From NCBI GenBank assembly GCA_023412755.1, contig JAEZCB010000015.1:1-58754 (forward strand): 58,754 nucleotides of DNA, read 5' to 3'. The notes beneath the pieces were generated by a model that saw nothing but the letters and a program-made list of their open reading frames with translations, was not told the DNA's origin and made no database searches. The DNA is from Bacteroidota bacterium. GTDB taxonomy: Bacteria; Bacteroidota; Bacteroidia; Flavobacteriales_F; PHOS-HE28. Below, piece by piece: positions 9,964-20,058 of the stretch; within the stretch, counting starts at the first letter, position 1, and each line of letters begins with the position of its first letter. The position numbers were made by a program, and so were the translations under genes.

Positions 9964-10935
9964 ATGCCGATCCAACGACTGTTCCTTCTGTTCATGGTAT
10001 CTGTACTGGTACTTACTTCCTGCGTACCTGCCAGAAAGTGGGAGGAGGCCAACCAGCGTGCACAAACATTACAAGCGGAATTGGATGCGGCGAACGCACG
10101 GTCCCGTGATGCGCAGGCCGCACTTGAGGAAATGAATTCACGCAACCAGGATCTGGATCGACGGATAAAGGAACTACAGCGGGACACCTCGGTGATGGCC
10201 ACCTCCCTTCGCCATATGACCACGCAGTATGACAAGATCAACTCCTTGAACAACGAATTGCTGGAGAAGTACAACAAGCTTCTCGCTGGGGATAGAAGCG
10301 AAAACCAGAAACTGGTGCGGGACCTGGAAGGGCTGCGTATGGATCTTATCGCCAAGGAGGACTCCTTGAACGCGCTGGCCAAAAGGGTGGAAGAGAAACA
10401 GGCGGCCCTGGCGGATAGGGAGTCCAAACTCGCTGAATTACAAGCCGAGATCGCGGCCAAAGATGCTGCCATGCGGGGGCTAAAGGACAGGGTGAGTCAG
10501 GCATTGACCGGTTTTGAGGGCCGTGGTCTAACAGTAGAGCAGCGCGGTGGCCGCATCTATGTGAGCATGGAGAACAAGCTGCTGTTCCCCAGTGGCAGCG
10601 CCACAGTGGATCCCAAAGGGAAACAGGCCCTGCAGCAACTGGCCACCGCGATCGAGAATGAGAAGGACCTCGACATCATCGTGGAGGGCCATACGGACAC
10701 AGACCGGGTGCAACCCGGATCGGCGTTCAAGGACAATTGGGACCTCAGTGTGATGCGGGCCACCAGTGTGGTGCGCATACTACAAGAGAACACCCGTATC
10801 GATCCACTGAGGATCACTGCGTCCGGACGTGGCGAGTACCTGCCAGTGGACCCGAATGATAAGGCCAAGAACCGGCGGATCGAGGTGATACTCGCACCGG
10901 ATCTGAAGGAATTGTACGAGCTGGTGCGGGATTAG
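9964..10935 (+). CDS. OmpA/MotB-family lipoprotein with an N-terminal coiled coil
   Basis: The track ORF 9619..10935 has an implausible Arg/Pro-rich leader. The in-frame ATG at 9964 gives MPIQRLFLLFMVSVLVLTSC (lipobox). This is followed by a coiled coil and the OmpA C-terminal signature ...NWDLSVMRATSVVRIL...NRRIEVIL. Confidence 0.8.
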   Translation: MPIQRLFLLFMVSVLVLTSCVPARKWEEANQRAQTLQAELDAANARSRDAQAALEEMNSRNQDLDRRIKELQRDTSVMATSLRHMTTQYDKINSLNNELLEKYNKLLAGDRSENQKLVRDLEGLRMDLIAKEDSLNALAKRVEEKQAALADRESKLAELQAEIAAKDAAMRGLKDRVSQALTGFEGRGLTVEQRGGRIYVSMENKLLFPSGSATVDPKGKQALQQLATAIENEKDLDIIVEGHTDTDRVQPGSAFKDNWDLSVMRATSVVRILQENTRIDPLRITASGRGEYLPVDPNDKAKNRRIEVILAPDLKELYELVRD

Positions 10936-10936
10936 T

Positions 10937-11806
10937 TCAGTGCCGGTGGCCCGGCTCCCAGATCAACCGTGTGAACATGCTGAAGCGTTCATTCTCACGC
11001 TCCACAGGAATGCCCGTGACTATGCCCACCAGGAAGTTCTCAGCAAGGCTCACACGCATTTGCGGCCGCAGCACCATATCGAGGTCGTCATCTTCATAAG
11101 CCTTGTTCACCTCCAACCCGACAAAATTGCGGGTGCCGGGGATCATCCAATGGAGGTTGGTGTTCAGCTGGTATGATACATCCGTATGGGATGAACCCAC
11201 ATGATGTAGCATCCGCGGTCCGGTGTATATCAGCGTATGGAAATTGCGACCCCAGCGCTTGGCAGCGACCAGGAACGGGTTGTAGCTGTTCCCGGAAAGC
11301 AAGGGGTCCCCGAACTCTTCGAAGGATGAAAGCTCGAATTCGTGGATGTAACCCAATGCGAGGGAAGTATTCGCCCGTTCATTCACCAGAAAGGTCCACT
11401 GAGCGGCCAGTTTGAGACTTTCCATCCGATCCGATGGGCGTTGCGCCCCCCTGCCATTTCGTGCAGGGCCGTAGAACAGGAAGGGAGCCTCTATCTCCAA
11501 CCCCAATCGATCAACTGGTGCCCATTCATACTCCACGAGCATTTCGTACACATTATAGCCGAGGTTATCCGTGATGCCAAAACCAAGGTTCCATTCCTTT
11601 TCGCCTTTCCGGGCGCCGAGGTCACGGATCAGGTCGATGTAGAGCGGTTCCGCATGGAGCACCTTCGGTGATCCTTCCATTATCTCGACCTCTGCGATAA
11701 AAAGACTGTCCAGCCGCTCTTTCAGATCCACTGTGGACGTATCCGGATCTTGCGCCAGGAGTATGCCCGGCAGTAAAATCAGGATGATGATACTGAACCG
11801 GCCCAT
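10937..11806 (-). CDS. Hypothetical secreted protein, possibly a small outer-membrane barrel
   Basis: Signal peptide MGRFSIIILILLPGILLAQ and alternating beta-like segments. No known motif. Confidence 0.55.
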   Translation of the reverse strand: MGRFSIIILILLPGILLAQDPDTSTVDLKERLDSLFIAEVEIMEGSPKVLHAEPLYIDLIRDLGARKGEKEWNLGFGITDNLGYNVYEMLVEYEWAPVDRLGLEIEAPFLFYGPARNGRGAQRPSDRMESLKLAAQWTFLVNERANTSLALGYIHEFELSSFEEFGDPLLSGNSYNPFLVAAKRWGRNFHTLIYTGPRMLHHVGSSHTDVSYQLNTNLHWMIPGTRNFVGLEVNKAYEDDDLDMVLRPQMRVSLAENFLVGIVTGIPVERENERFSMFTRLIWEPGHRH

Positions 11807-11897
11807 TCACTTGGGAAGTCCACAAAGATGCCCTCCAACATCATGGATGATGGTGAAAGATGCGTGACGTTCAGAAAGGTTAACGATCCCAACGCCG

Positions 11898-12539
11898 CTA
11901 CTGCTGCGGATGCCAGATGTCGTTGGAGGGCCTTTGACCCGTGCTGGATGTTAGCAATTCCATCAGCCATTCGTCCCCAGCTTCGCCGCGGCGTGCGCCC
12001 ATCTGTTCAAAGGCCATGCGTGAAATGGTGAAGAGCGGAGTTATGTCGATCTTCCATTGTTCACCTTCCCTGCGAAAATGGAACTTGGCGGGCACCGGAA
12101 AGCCTCCAAGCTTCATGGGTGCCGAGGCCTCATCACCATCCACGGAGATGTTTCCGATATCCAACGCCTTGAGTTGTTCACCGCCCAGCATTCCATTCGC
12201 CGCCCCGGCAGCGATCGCATCTTTTGCGGACATCTTGGTCAGACCGGATCCGGATGCATGCATACGTAATCCAAGCACGGTGATCTTGTCCATCAGATCC
12301 GCACGTGAGACCTCCACGCTATCAGCGGATCGAGCCATTTCCAACATGCGATCATAATAGGAGAGCGTGTTGCTATCAACCAGTGCCGCTGCTGTCTTTC
12401 CTTCACCTTGCGTAAGGGCCTGCACGTAGTTGTTGAATGTGTTGCGGATATCCGCCACATCATCCTTTGGCCCCTGATCCCTGCATGAAGTAGAGAGGAG
12501 CATGATCGCGCACACAATGCCCACGTAATGGTTCAGCAT
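11898..12539 (-). CDS. Hypothetical lipoprotein
   Basis: N-terminus MLNHYVGIVCAIMLLSTSC (lipobox-like), 213 aa, globular composition. Confidence 0.55.
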   Translation of the reverse strand: MLNHYVGIVCAIMLLSTSCRDQGPKDDVADIRNTFNNYVQALTQGEGKTAAALVDSNTLSYYDRMLEMARSADSVEVSRADLMDKITVLGLRMHASGSGLTKMSAKDAIAAGAANGMLGGEQLKALDIGNISVDGDEASAPMKLGGFPVPAKFHFRREGEQWKIDITPLFTISRMAFEQMGARRGEAGDEWLMELLTSSTGQRPSNDIWHPQQ

Positions 12540-12592
12540 GGGCGCAATTTAATTCGGTACTTGACCTGTTGATCAGGCATATGCATGCTCGG

Positions 12593-12940
12593 CTATGCTA
12601 CTACGGTGCGCTTCCATGCGATCGAATTGCGCTCCAGGTTGATCGGCTGGTCCGGTAGCAACTCCCATTGGTCGAAAAGAACGTCGATCCGACGAATGGA
12701 TCTTGTAGCCCGGGCTATATGCCCATGATCCCGATTAAGGTAGGATACTTCCCGTTCAAATACTCTGAAACCCGCGTCATTCCAGCATGTCCGATACAGG
12801 ACCGCCTCCATCCAAGGATAATTTCGTGCCGCTCCGGAACACAGGTGTTCCACCCCACTCCCATGAAGCCGAAGGATCAGCAATCCCTGGATATGCACAT
12901 GATGCGCGGAGTGGTCCATTCGAACCCGCCATACGCCCAA
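12593..12940 (-). pseudogene. Possible N-terminally truncated GNAT-type acetyltransferase remnant
   Basis: The translation ends ...NDAGFRVFEREVSYLNRDHGHIARATRSIRRIDVLFDQWELL. This resembles the GF..EG....dG...D..y.lL..eW tail of RimJ/RimL-like GNATs. Only 115 aa are open, and the frame abuts the start of the giant gene at 12945. Confidence 0.3.
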
Positions 12941-12944
12941 CTAC

Positions 12945-15900
12945 ATGAAGGATCGTTTCCTATTGTTGCTCGCAGTCGCACTGTTGCCCCTGCAAATATT
13001 GGCCCAAAGCCCATCGCAGAAAGCAGCGGTGCTGGTGAGTGCCACAGTGCAAAGCTCTCCGGCACGCATCACGTTACAGTGGGAGTCTTTTAGCGGCACG
13101 TCCTCGCTTACGATCTACCGTAAACTCAAGACGTCCTCCAGTTGGGGCAGTGCCATCGCCACCCCATCGTCATCTTCCACACAGTATCAAGATGATAATG
13201 TCCAGGTCGGTGTGGCCTATGAATATAAAGTTGTACGTGTGGCGAACGGTGTCACTGGAACCGGCTACATAGCCAGTGGTATACACGTTCAACTTCCAGA
13301 CTATCGGGGTAAGATCGTCCTTCTGGTGGACAACACACTTGCACCACAGATGGTGCAGGAACTGGCGCAATTGACCTATGATCTGCGCGCGGATGGCTGG
13401 GCCGTGGTGCGCAGCGATGTGAGCCCCACAGCTACTCCTGCCAGTGTGCGCAACATCGTGATCGGCCATTATAACAGTGACCCATCTAATGTGAAAGCCG
13501 TGTACATGGTGGGCCATGTGCCGGTGCCCTACTCGGGCAACCATGCGCCAGATGGACATACGGAACATCAGGGAGCCTGGCCATGTGATGGCTACTACGG
13601 CGAAATGAATGGCACCTGGACGGACAACTCCGTGAACAACAATGGTGCAATGCGGCCTGCCAACAAGAACATCCCGGGAGATGGCAAATTCGATCAAAGC
13701 AATTTCCCTTCGGATCTGGAATTGCAGGTGGGGCGCGTGGATTTGAACAACATGCCCGCATTCTCACAGAGCGAGGTGCAATTGGTGAAGAATTATTTGA
13801 ACCGCGCCCATGGTTTCAAGGTGAAGGCCTGGACCCCACTGGTGCGCGGTCTTATGTTCGATAATCTGCAATGGGTGTCCAACCCGATAGCTGGGAGCGG
13901 ATGGCGTAACATGGCGCCGCTTGTGGGCGCATCCAACATCACTAATGCCAACCAGAACGGCACGGCTTTTCACCATCTGGTGAATGGTGAAAGCTACCTA
14001 TGGACATACTCCAGCGGGGGAGGTGCGCTCACCTGGGAAGGCAATGAATACACCTATAATGGCGCCGGCAATGTGGGCACCACGCAGAACTACGCCGCCA
14101 ATACGAGCATGGGGGGCGTGTTCAACATGTCGTGCGGCAGCTACTTCGGAGATTGGGACAACAAGAACAACTTTCTCCGCGCTCCTATCGCGAAGGGGGA
14201 TGCGCTGACCAGCGTTTGGGCCGGCATCCCCGCGTGGTATTTCCATCACATGGGCCTGGGTGACAACATTGGTTATAGCACCTGGATGACCATGAATAAT
14301 TCCAGCCTTTATACTCCGCTCACCGAAGGGTGGCAGGGATCCATTGGCCGCACACATCTTGGCTTGTTGGGTGATCCATCCCTGCGAATGCAGATGGTGG
14401 CACCGCCAACAGCGCTTTCGATCTCCAATTCGAATGGACTCGCCTCTTTCAATTGGACGCCTTCACCAGAAAGTGGTGTGATCGGATATCACATCTATCG
14501 TTTCTCAAGTACAGGGAATATCACGAGGCTCACCACCAACCCCGTGACAGGCACCAGCCATGTGGATCCGGCCATCCCCTTCGAAGCGGGCAGGGACTAT
14601 ATGGTGCGGGCGGTGAAGCTGCAGGTGAACGGAAGTGGCAGCTACTACAACCAGTCGCTTGGTTCGATCGCGACCGCGGCTGGTACGGCCACTGCGGATT
14701 GCCAGGGCGTTGTAGGCGGTCCTGCTGTTCCAGGTTCATCTTGTAATGACAATGATCCCTGCACCATCAATGACACATGGAACACGAATTGCCAGTGCAT
14801 TGGCACTCCAGTAAGTGTTTCCGCGAGCCTCACCGCTGCTGGCCCCACCACTTTCTGCGGTGGCGGCAGCGTGGTGCTGAACGCGAACACCGGCAGTGGC
14901 CTCAGCTATGTATGGCGCCGGGATGGTACCACGATCAGCGGTGCCTCCAGCAGCAGCTACACCGCAACGCAAAGTGGAGTGTACACCGTGCAGGTGAGCA
15001 ACGGCGGCTGCCAGGCCACATCCTCAGGGATCACCGTTGCTGTGACCGCGGCACCAAGCGCTTCGATCACACCGGGTGGTCCCACCACCTTCTGCACAGG
15101 CGGCAGCGTGGTGTTGAATGCCAACACGGGCAGTGGCCTCAGCTATGTATGGCGCCGCGATGGTACCACGATCAGCGGTGCCACCAGCAGCAGTTACACC
15201 GCGACCCAGTCAGGCAGTTATACTGTGCAGGTCTCCAGTGGTTCATGCTCCACCACCTCATCGGTGGTCGGTGTCACGGTCACCTCCACACCGGCAGCTG
15301 GCCTCACCGCTGCTGGCCCCACCACTTTCTGCGGTGGTGGCAGCGTGGTGCTGAACGCGAACACCGGCAGCGGCCTCAGCTATGTATGGCGCCGGGATGG
15401 CACCACGATCAGCGGTGCCACCAGCAGCAGCTACACCGCAACGCAAAGTGGAGTGTATACCGTGCAGGTGAGCAACGGCGGCTGCCAGGCCACATCCTCA
15501 GGGATCACCGTTGCTGTTACACCATTGCCTGCTGTAACGGTCACATCCAGCGGTGCTACTGATTTCTGTGAAGGAGGCAGCGTTGTGCTGACGGCGAATG
15601 CAGGCAGCGGACTCACTTTCACTTGGTCGAAGAATGGTGCTTCGATACCTGGTGCGACCTCAAATACGTACACAGCCACCAGCAGCGGGAGCTACACGGT
15701 GCAAGTGTCCAATGCTACATGTTCGAACACTTCCACGCCCCTATTGGTCAATGTGAATGCCGGACCGGTGGCGGAGATCACAACCGAGGATCCAACGCAT
15801 TTCTGTATGGGTGCCAGTGTACTGCTCCAGGCTAATTCAGGCACTGGTCTCACATATGCATGGTTTGTTGATGGGGCCATGATCCCTGGCGCCGTCGGTC

Positions 15901-18674
15901 AATCCTGGGAGGCCAGTGAAGCCGGCTCATACACAGTGATCGTGAGTGGCAATGGCTGCAGTGACACCTCCGACCCATTGCTCGTTACCACATATCAGAC
16001 CACTGCTCCCTCATTGTTCATCGATGGTTCCACCATGCTTTGTTCCGGGGATAGCACGATCATATCCACGAACAGCGTTGCCGACGCCTACCTCTGGACT
16101 TTGGATGGTGGATCGATCGGAAACAGCTCTCCGGCCATCTCCATCGATGACGGTGGACAGTATGCATTGCAGGTTATGGCCGATGGATGTCTTTCCTCTC
16201 CTGCGGTTTTGGATGTATTGCTGATGGAGCGGCCTTCCGCGGACATCATGGCGCCTTCCGTCACCACCATTTGTGTTGGTGATAGTGTGACTTTGGAGGC
16301 TGATGCCGGTGAGGATGTTTCCTACCAGTGGACATTGAATGGCCAGGATATCTCTGGCGCGGAGGGTCCGCTATATCATGCCACCGTTTCTGGCGCGTAT
16401 GCGCTGATCGTTGGCACCGCCTTCTGCGAAAGTGTTTCGGACGTGATCGAGATCACCGTGCTCCCGCAATTGGACCTTATGGTGAATGGCGCCATCGCAT
16501 TCTGCGAAGGGGATAGCGTCACCATCAGTGCATCTGAGATCGACGGGTACCAATATCTATGGTCCAAGGATGGCGAGGCCCTGGAAGGGAATGATCAGGC
16601 AAGCATCACAGTCGGCGCATCGGGTTCGTATGCCGTGGAGATCATGGGTGATGGCTGCGTTGCCACATCTGGATCGATCGATGTCGGCGTGTTCTCCATT
16701 CCAGATGCCACTGTCCTGGCTAGTGGTCCGGTGACATTCTGCTTCGGTGATAGTGTGGTGCTCAGCGCGGTTTCCGATACCACTTGGACCTATCAGTGGT
16801 CGGTGGATGGCGCCGAAATAGAAGCTGCGATCGCGGATACCCTTGTTGCCACACAGGGTGGCGCTTATGTAGTGATGGTCACCAACGGTGGCTGCACGGT
16901 CGGGTCGGAAGAGATGATGGTCACCACATTACCGGATGTCTCGCTGCAGTTCAGCGGCCCTTTGTCATTCTGCGAAGGTGATAGCGTTGTGATCACAGCG
17001 ATGGGCGACAGCACCTACACGTTCACATGGTCCAAGGACAACGATACACTCGATCTTGCGGGTCCTACCCTGGTGGCATATGAAAGTGGAGTGTATGGAG
17101 TGATGATCGATGATGGCAGCTGCCAGGCTTCGAGTGAAGCGATCATGATCGTTGCCGATCCCGTACCACTCTTCGATGTGTCCATCCTTGGTGATACCAC
17201 TTTCTGCGCAGGTGATTCGGTGATGCTGGTGATGCAGGCGAATGGCGCATCATGGGAGTGGACACTGGATGATCAGTCCATCTCCGTCGCGGACACGCTT
17301 GTGGTCCAGCAGTCGGGTATCCTTGTGGCCAACATCATCAATGGAGGATGCATTGTTCAATCCCAGCCCTTTACGATCATTTCGTTGCCGGATGTGACCA
17401 TCGCTTTGGATGGACAGGTGAAATTCTGTGACGGCGAACAGGTGGTGTTCACAGCGCCACTTCAGGAAGGATACGAATACCAATGGATGCTTGATGGTGG
17501 ACCGATCGAGGGAGCCACGGAGCATTCCTATACGGCGGATTCACCTGGCGGATACAGTGTGCATGTTGAGGGAGCCGGGTGCATGGCCACCTCAGAACCG
17601 ATCTTCCTGGAAGTTTTCACACCTCCTACTATCGCGTGTACTTCGGATGCGGGTACATCATCGGTAAGTGTGGAAGTGATCGAGGGAGAAGGTCCGTTCA
17701 GCTTCGTCTGGAACGAGGATCAGGAACTTGATGGGCCGGAAATGCAGGTGGATAATAGTGGCGTGTATGGTGTGCAGGTCACCGATATGAACGGCTGCTC
17801 ATCGCATTGCGAGACCACCATCACATTGAGCGTGGAAGATGATTGCATCGGTCTGCGTAGTGAGCAACAGTCCTACTGGCCGGGCTCGGCTTTGTTGATG
17901 GATCAATTCAATGAGGCCTTCCCCAATGGCTTGTACATCGGATGTGGTTTCCGGCTGATGAGACTCACCAATGCTGATGCAGTGGCACAATTCCTTCCTT
18001 CACAAGGTCCTTCAGTTCGCCTGCCTTTTGGGTTGATGGTGGATCCGGGAGATACCTATAACAACTCACTCGCTGGTGAATTGGTGGCGCTTAAGCTCGC
18101 GGTACGATTCGATGAGATGGATGAGGATTTCAGCGAAGCGGGGATCCAGTTGAAGAACGCCGTGGTGGCTGGAGGACTTTTCCAGGGAATGACAGTGGAG
18201 GATCTGATATGGGAAGCCGATAAGAAGATCGGAGGCTGTTTCTCCTGGTACAGCCGTCTGCAGCTGCGCAATGCATTGGCGGCGATCAACGTAGGCTATT
18301 CAGGCGGTACAGTAGCGAGCGGCTACCTGGAATGTCCTGGAACGTCACCAGCACCCATTTCCACTGAAGCACCGATGGTGATCGAATTGGAGGATGCCCC
18401 GGAGGTGACCGGTCATGCAATTACGACCACGGCTCTTCCCAATCCATTCCGCGATCGCACCACCATCCTGGTAGATGGTGTCCCAGAGAAGGAACGGATC
18501 ACCGTTGAGATCCTCACTGCGGATGGCATTCTTCTGGAGCGTCTCTTCGATGGTGAGGCCGAAGAGCAGGAGTTGCGCTTCGATTGGAACGCTTCAGGCA
18601 GGGCCACGGGTGTTTACATCTATCGGGTGATAAGCATGCATGGCGTGGAAACGGGCAGGCTGATCCTGCAATGA
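12945..18674 (+). CDS. Giant T9SS-secreted surface protein (1909 aa): signal peptide, FN3-like module, ~500-aa unknown domain, 12-13 Ig-like Cys-containing repeats, ~190-aa unknown domain, Por-type C-terminal sorting domain
   Basis: Signal peptide MKDRFLLLLAVALLPLQILAQ. The repeat motif is FCxG(D/G)SVxLxA...YxWxxDGxxIxGA...Y.A..SG.Y.V.V...GC...S. The C-terminus LPNPFRDRTTILV...GVYIYRVISMHGVETGRLILQ is typical of T9SS type A sorting domains. Confidence 0.85.
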   Translation: MKDRFLLLLAVALLPLQILAQSPSQKAAVLVSATVQSSPARITLQWESFSGTSSLTIYRKLKTSSSWGSAIATPSSSSTQYQDDNVQVGVAYEYKVVRVANGVTGTGYIASGIHVQLPDYRGKIVLLVDNTLAPQMVQELAQLTYDLRADGWAVVRSDVSPTATPASVRNIVIGHYNSDPSNVKAVYMVGHVPVPYSGNHAPDGHTEHQGAWPCDGYYGEMNGTWTDNSVNNNGAMRPANKNIPGDGKFDQSNFPSDLELQVGRVDLNNMPAFSQSEVQLVKNYLNRAHGFKVKAWTPLVRGLMFDNLQWVSNPIAGSGWRNMAPLVGASNITNANQNGTAFHHLVNGESYLWTYSSGGGALTWEGNEYTYNGAGNVGTTQNYAANTSMGGVFNMSCGSYFGDWDNKNNFLRAPIAKGDALTSVWAGIPAWYFHHMGLGDNIGYSTWMTMNNSSLYTPLTEGWQGSIGRTHLGLLGDPSLRMQMVAPPTALSISNSNGLASFNWTPSPESGVIGYHIYRFSSTGNITRLTTNPVTGTSHVDPAIPFEAGRDYMVRAVKLQVNGSGSYYNQSLGSIATAAGTATADCQGVVGGPAVPGSSCNDNDPCTINDTWNTNCQCIGTPVSVSASLTAAGPTTFCGGGSVVLNANTGSGLSYVWRRDGTTISGASSSSYTATQSGVYTVQVSNGGCQATSSGITVAVTAAPSASITPGGPTTFCTGGSVVLNANTGSGLSYVWRRDGTTISGATSSSYTATQSGSYTVQVSSGSCSTTSSVVGVTVTSTPAAGLTAAGPTTFCGGGSVVLNANTGSGLSYVWRRDGTTISGATSSSYTATQSGVYTVQVSNGGCQATSSGITVAVTPLPAVTVTSSGATDFCEGGSVVLTANAGSGLTFTWSKNGASIPGATSNTYTATSSGSYTVQVSNATCSNTSTPLLVNVNAGPVAEITTEDPTHFCMGASVLLQANSGTGLTYAWFVDGAMIPGAVGQSWEASEAGSYTVIVSGNGCSDTSDPLLVTTYQTTAPSLFIDGSTMLCSGDSTIISTNSVADAYLWTLDGGSIGNSSPAISIDDGGQYALQVMADGCLSSPAVLDVLLMERPSADIMAPSVTTICVGDSVTLEADAGEDVSYQWTLNGQDISGAEGPLYHATVSGAYALIVGTAFCESVSDVIEITVLPQLDLMVNGAIAFCEGDSVTISASEIDGYQYLWSKDGEALEGNDQASITVGASGSYAVEIMGDGCVATSGSIDVGVFSIPDATVLASGPVTFCFGDSVVLSAVSDTTWTYQWSVDGAEIEAAIADTLVATQGGAYVVMVTNGGCTVGSEEMMVTTLPDVSLQFSGPLSFCEGDSVVITAMGDSTYTFTWSKDNDTLDLAGPTLVAYESGVYGVMIDDGSCQASSEAIMIVADPVPLFDVSILGDTTFCAGDSVMLVMQANGASWEWTLDDQSISVADTLVVQQSGILVANIINGGCIVQSQPFTIISLPDVTIALDGQVKFCDGEQVVFTAPLQEGYEYQWMLDGGPIEGATEHSYTADSPGGYSVHVEGAGCMATSEPIFLEVFTPPTIACTSDAGTSSVSVEVIEGEGPFSFVWNEDQELDGPEMQVDNSGVYGVQVTDMNGCSSHCETTITLSVEDDCIGLRSEQQSYWPGSALLMDQFNEAFPNGLYIGCGFRLMRLTNADAVAQFLPSQGPSVRLPFGLMVDPGDTYNNSLAGELVALKLAVRFDEMDEDFSEAGIQLKNAVVAGGLFQGMTVEDLIWEADKKIGGCFSWYSRLQLRNALAAINVGYSGGTVASGYLECPGTSPAPISTEAPMVIELEDAPEVTGHAITTTALPNPFRDRTTILVDGVPEKERITVEILTADGILLERLFDGEAEEQELRFDWNASGRATGVYIYRVISMHGVETGRLILQ
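14826..17830 (+). repeat. Tandem coding repeats, unit ~237 nt (79 aa), 12 clear copies plus one degenerate copy
   Basis: Counted from the translated protein: each unit carries one FC.G.S and one GC...S motif. Divergence increases toward the 3' copies. Confidence 0.8.
14828..15522 (+). repeat. Recent duplication inside the repeat array: copies 1 and 3 are near-identical at the DNA level (474-nt offset)
   Basis: I aligned 14828-15048 with 15302-15522 by eye and found about 6 substitutions in ~220 nt, only one of them nonsynonymous (S to T). The intervening copy 2 is clearly more diverged. Confidence 0.85.
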
Positions 18675-18679
18675 TGGCT

Positions 18680-18712
18680 GCTCGGGAGGTTTAGCCAAAA
18701 AGCCTCCCGAGC
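18680..18712. terminator. Hairpin shared by two convergent gene ends (possible bidirectional terminator)
   Basis: gctcgggagg (18680-18689) pairs with cctcccgagc (18703-18712). The 3' arm lies inside the last codons of radA. Confidence 0.45.
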
Positions 18713-20058
18713 ACCTCATCCACCCGGCCCACCTGCACCACCTCGATCTGGTTCCTCGCTGGAATGCCTTTGGTGTTCTTCGGGATGAAGATCCGTGAGA
18801 AGCCCAATTTCGCGGCTTCAGCGATACGCTGTTCGGCACGGGCCACCGGGCGTACTTCACCGGTCAATCCCACTTCGCCAGCGAAGCAGGTATCCATGGG
18901 TACGGGTATATCCGCATTGGAACTGAGTACGGCACAGACCACGGCAAGATCGATCGCCGGCTCTTCCACCCGAAATCCTCCTGCGAGATTGAGGAAAACA
19001 TCCTTCTGCCCCAGCCTGAAGCCACAGCGCTTTTCCATTACCGCAAGCAGCATGTTCAGGCGCCGCAGATCGAAGCCTGTGGAACTGCGCTGCGGGGTGC
19101 CATAGACCGCACTGCTTACCAACGCCTGCACTTCGATCAGCAAAGGACGCATACCTTCCATGGTGCCGGCCACCACCACCCCACTCGGTCTGTCCTCACG
19201 GCCGCTCAGCAGTATACTGCTTGGATCTTCGACCTCGGCAAGACCATCACCCTGCATTTCGTAGATGCCCAGCTCATTGGTACTGCCAAAGCGATTCTTC
19301 AGCGGCCGCAGCAGGCGGTACGCATGATCCCGATCACCTTCGAACTGGAGCACACAGTCGACCATATGCTCCAGCACCTTCGGACCAGCGATAGAACCAT
19401 CCTTGGTTATATGGCCGATCAAGATCATGGGTATGCCGGTCGCCTTCGCGTACCGCATGAGTTCCGCGGTGCATTCGCGTACCTGCCCCACACTGCCAGG
19501 GCTGCTATCGAGCGCCGGTGTATGCAAGGTCTGCACACTGTCTATCACCACCAGGGCGGGGCGTAATGCATTGATGTGGCCGAAAATGCCATGTGTATTC
19601 GTCTCGGTGAGCACATGGCAACCTTCAGCACCCTTCAAGATGCCGATGCGCCCGGCACGCATGCGTATCTGTTGTTCACTCTCTTCGCCACTTACATAGA
19701 GTATGCGCATGTCCGGTTCGCGCAAAGCGGTCTGCAGCAGCAGGGTACTTTTGCCTATGCCCGGTTCGCCGCCAAGGAGGATCATGCTCCCCGATACCAG
19801 GCCCCCGCCGAGCACGCGCATAAGCTCACGATCCTTCAGCGGTATGCGCGGACCATCCTGTGCGGATATCTTGTCGATGGGGATGGGTATCGGACCCTGG
19901 TCCATGCGTCCTGCGGGTCTGTGGCCTACGATCATGCGATCCACCACCCCTTCCACCAGCGAATTCCATTGTTTGCAATTGCCGCATTGCCCATGCCATT
20001 GTGCATGGCTTGCACCACATTCCTGGCATACGTACTGGGTCCGGATCTTAGCCGCCAT
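18691..20058 (-). CDS. radA: DNA repair protein RadA/Sms
   Basis: N-terminal zinc finger [23 protein letters not shown], Walker [15 protein letters not shown], the KNRFG motif and a Lon-like C-terminal domain. Confidence 0.95.
   Translation of the reverse strand: MAAKIRTQYVCQECGASHAQWHGQCGNCKQWNSLVEGVVDRMIVGHRPAGRMDQGPIPIPIDKISAQDGPRIPLKDRELMRVLGGGLVSGSMILLGGEPGIGKSTLLLQTALREPDMRILYVSGEESEQQIRMRAGRIGILKGAEGCHVLTETNTHGIFGHINALRPALVVIDSVQTLHTPALDSSPGSVGQVRECTAELMRYAKATGIPMILIGHITKDGSIAGPKVLEHMVDCVLQFEGDRDHAYRLLRPLKNRFGSTNELGIYEMQGDGLAEVEDPSSILLSGREDRPSGVVVAGTMEGMRPLLIEVQALVSSAVYGTPQRSSTGFDLRRLNMLLAVMEKRCGFRLGQKDVFLNLAGGFRVEEPAIDLAVVCAVLSSNADIPVPMDTCFAGEVGLTGEVRPVARAEQRIAEAAKLGFSRIFIPKNTKGIPARNQIEVVQVGRVDEVLGRLFG

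Noticed and set aside
12905-12945. tRNA-like TTCGAA-containing segment (ccattcgaacccgcc)
   Set aside because: The flanks do not form a T-stem or an acceptor stem.
14777-15562. 261-aa + ORF in another frame, and several minus ORFs, inside the repeat array
   Set aside because: They are periodic R/H/Q/C-rich translations of the same tandem repeats in off-frames. The Ig-like frame is the only one with a coherent domain motif.
14826-17830. Regularly spaced repeats that might suggest a CRISPR array
   Set aside because: The units are 237 nt, contiguous with no spacers, in frame, and encode a conserved protein domain. No cas genes are present.
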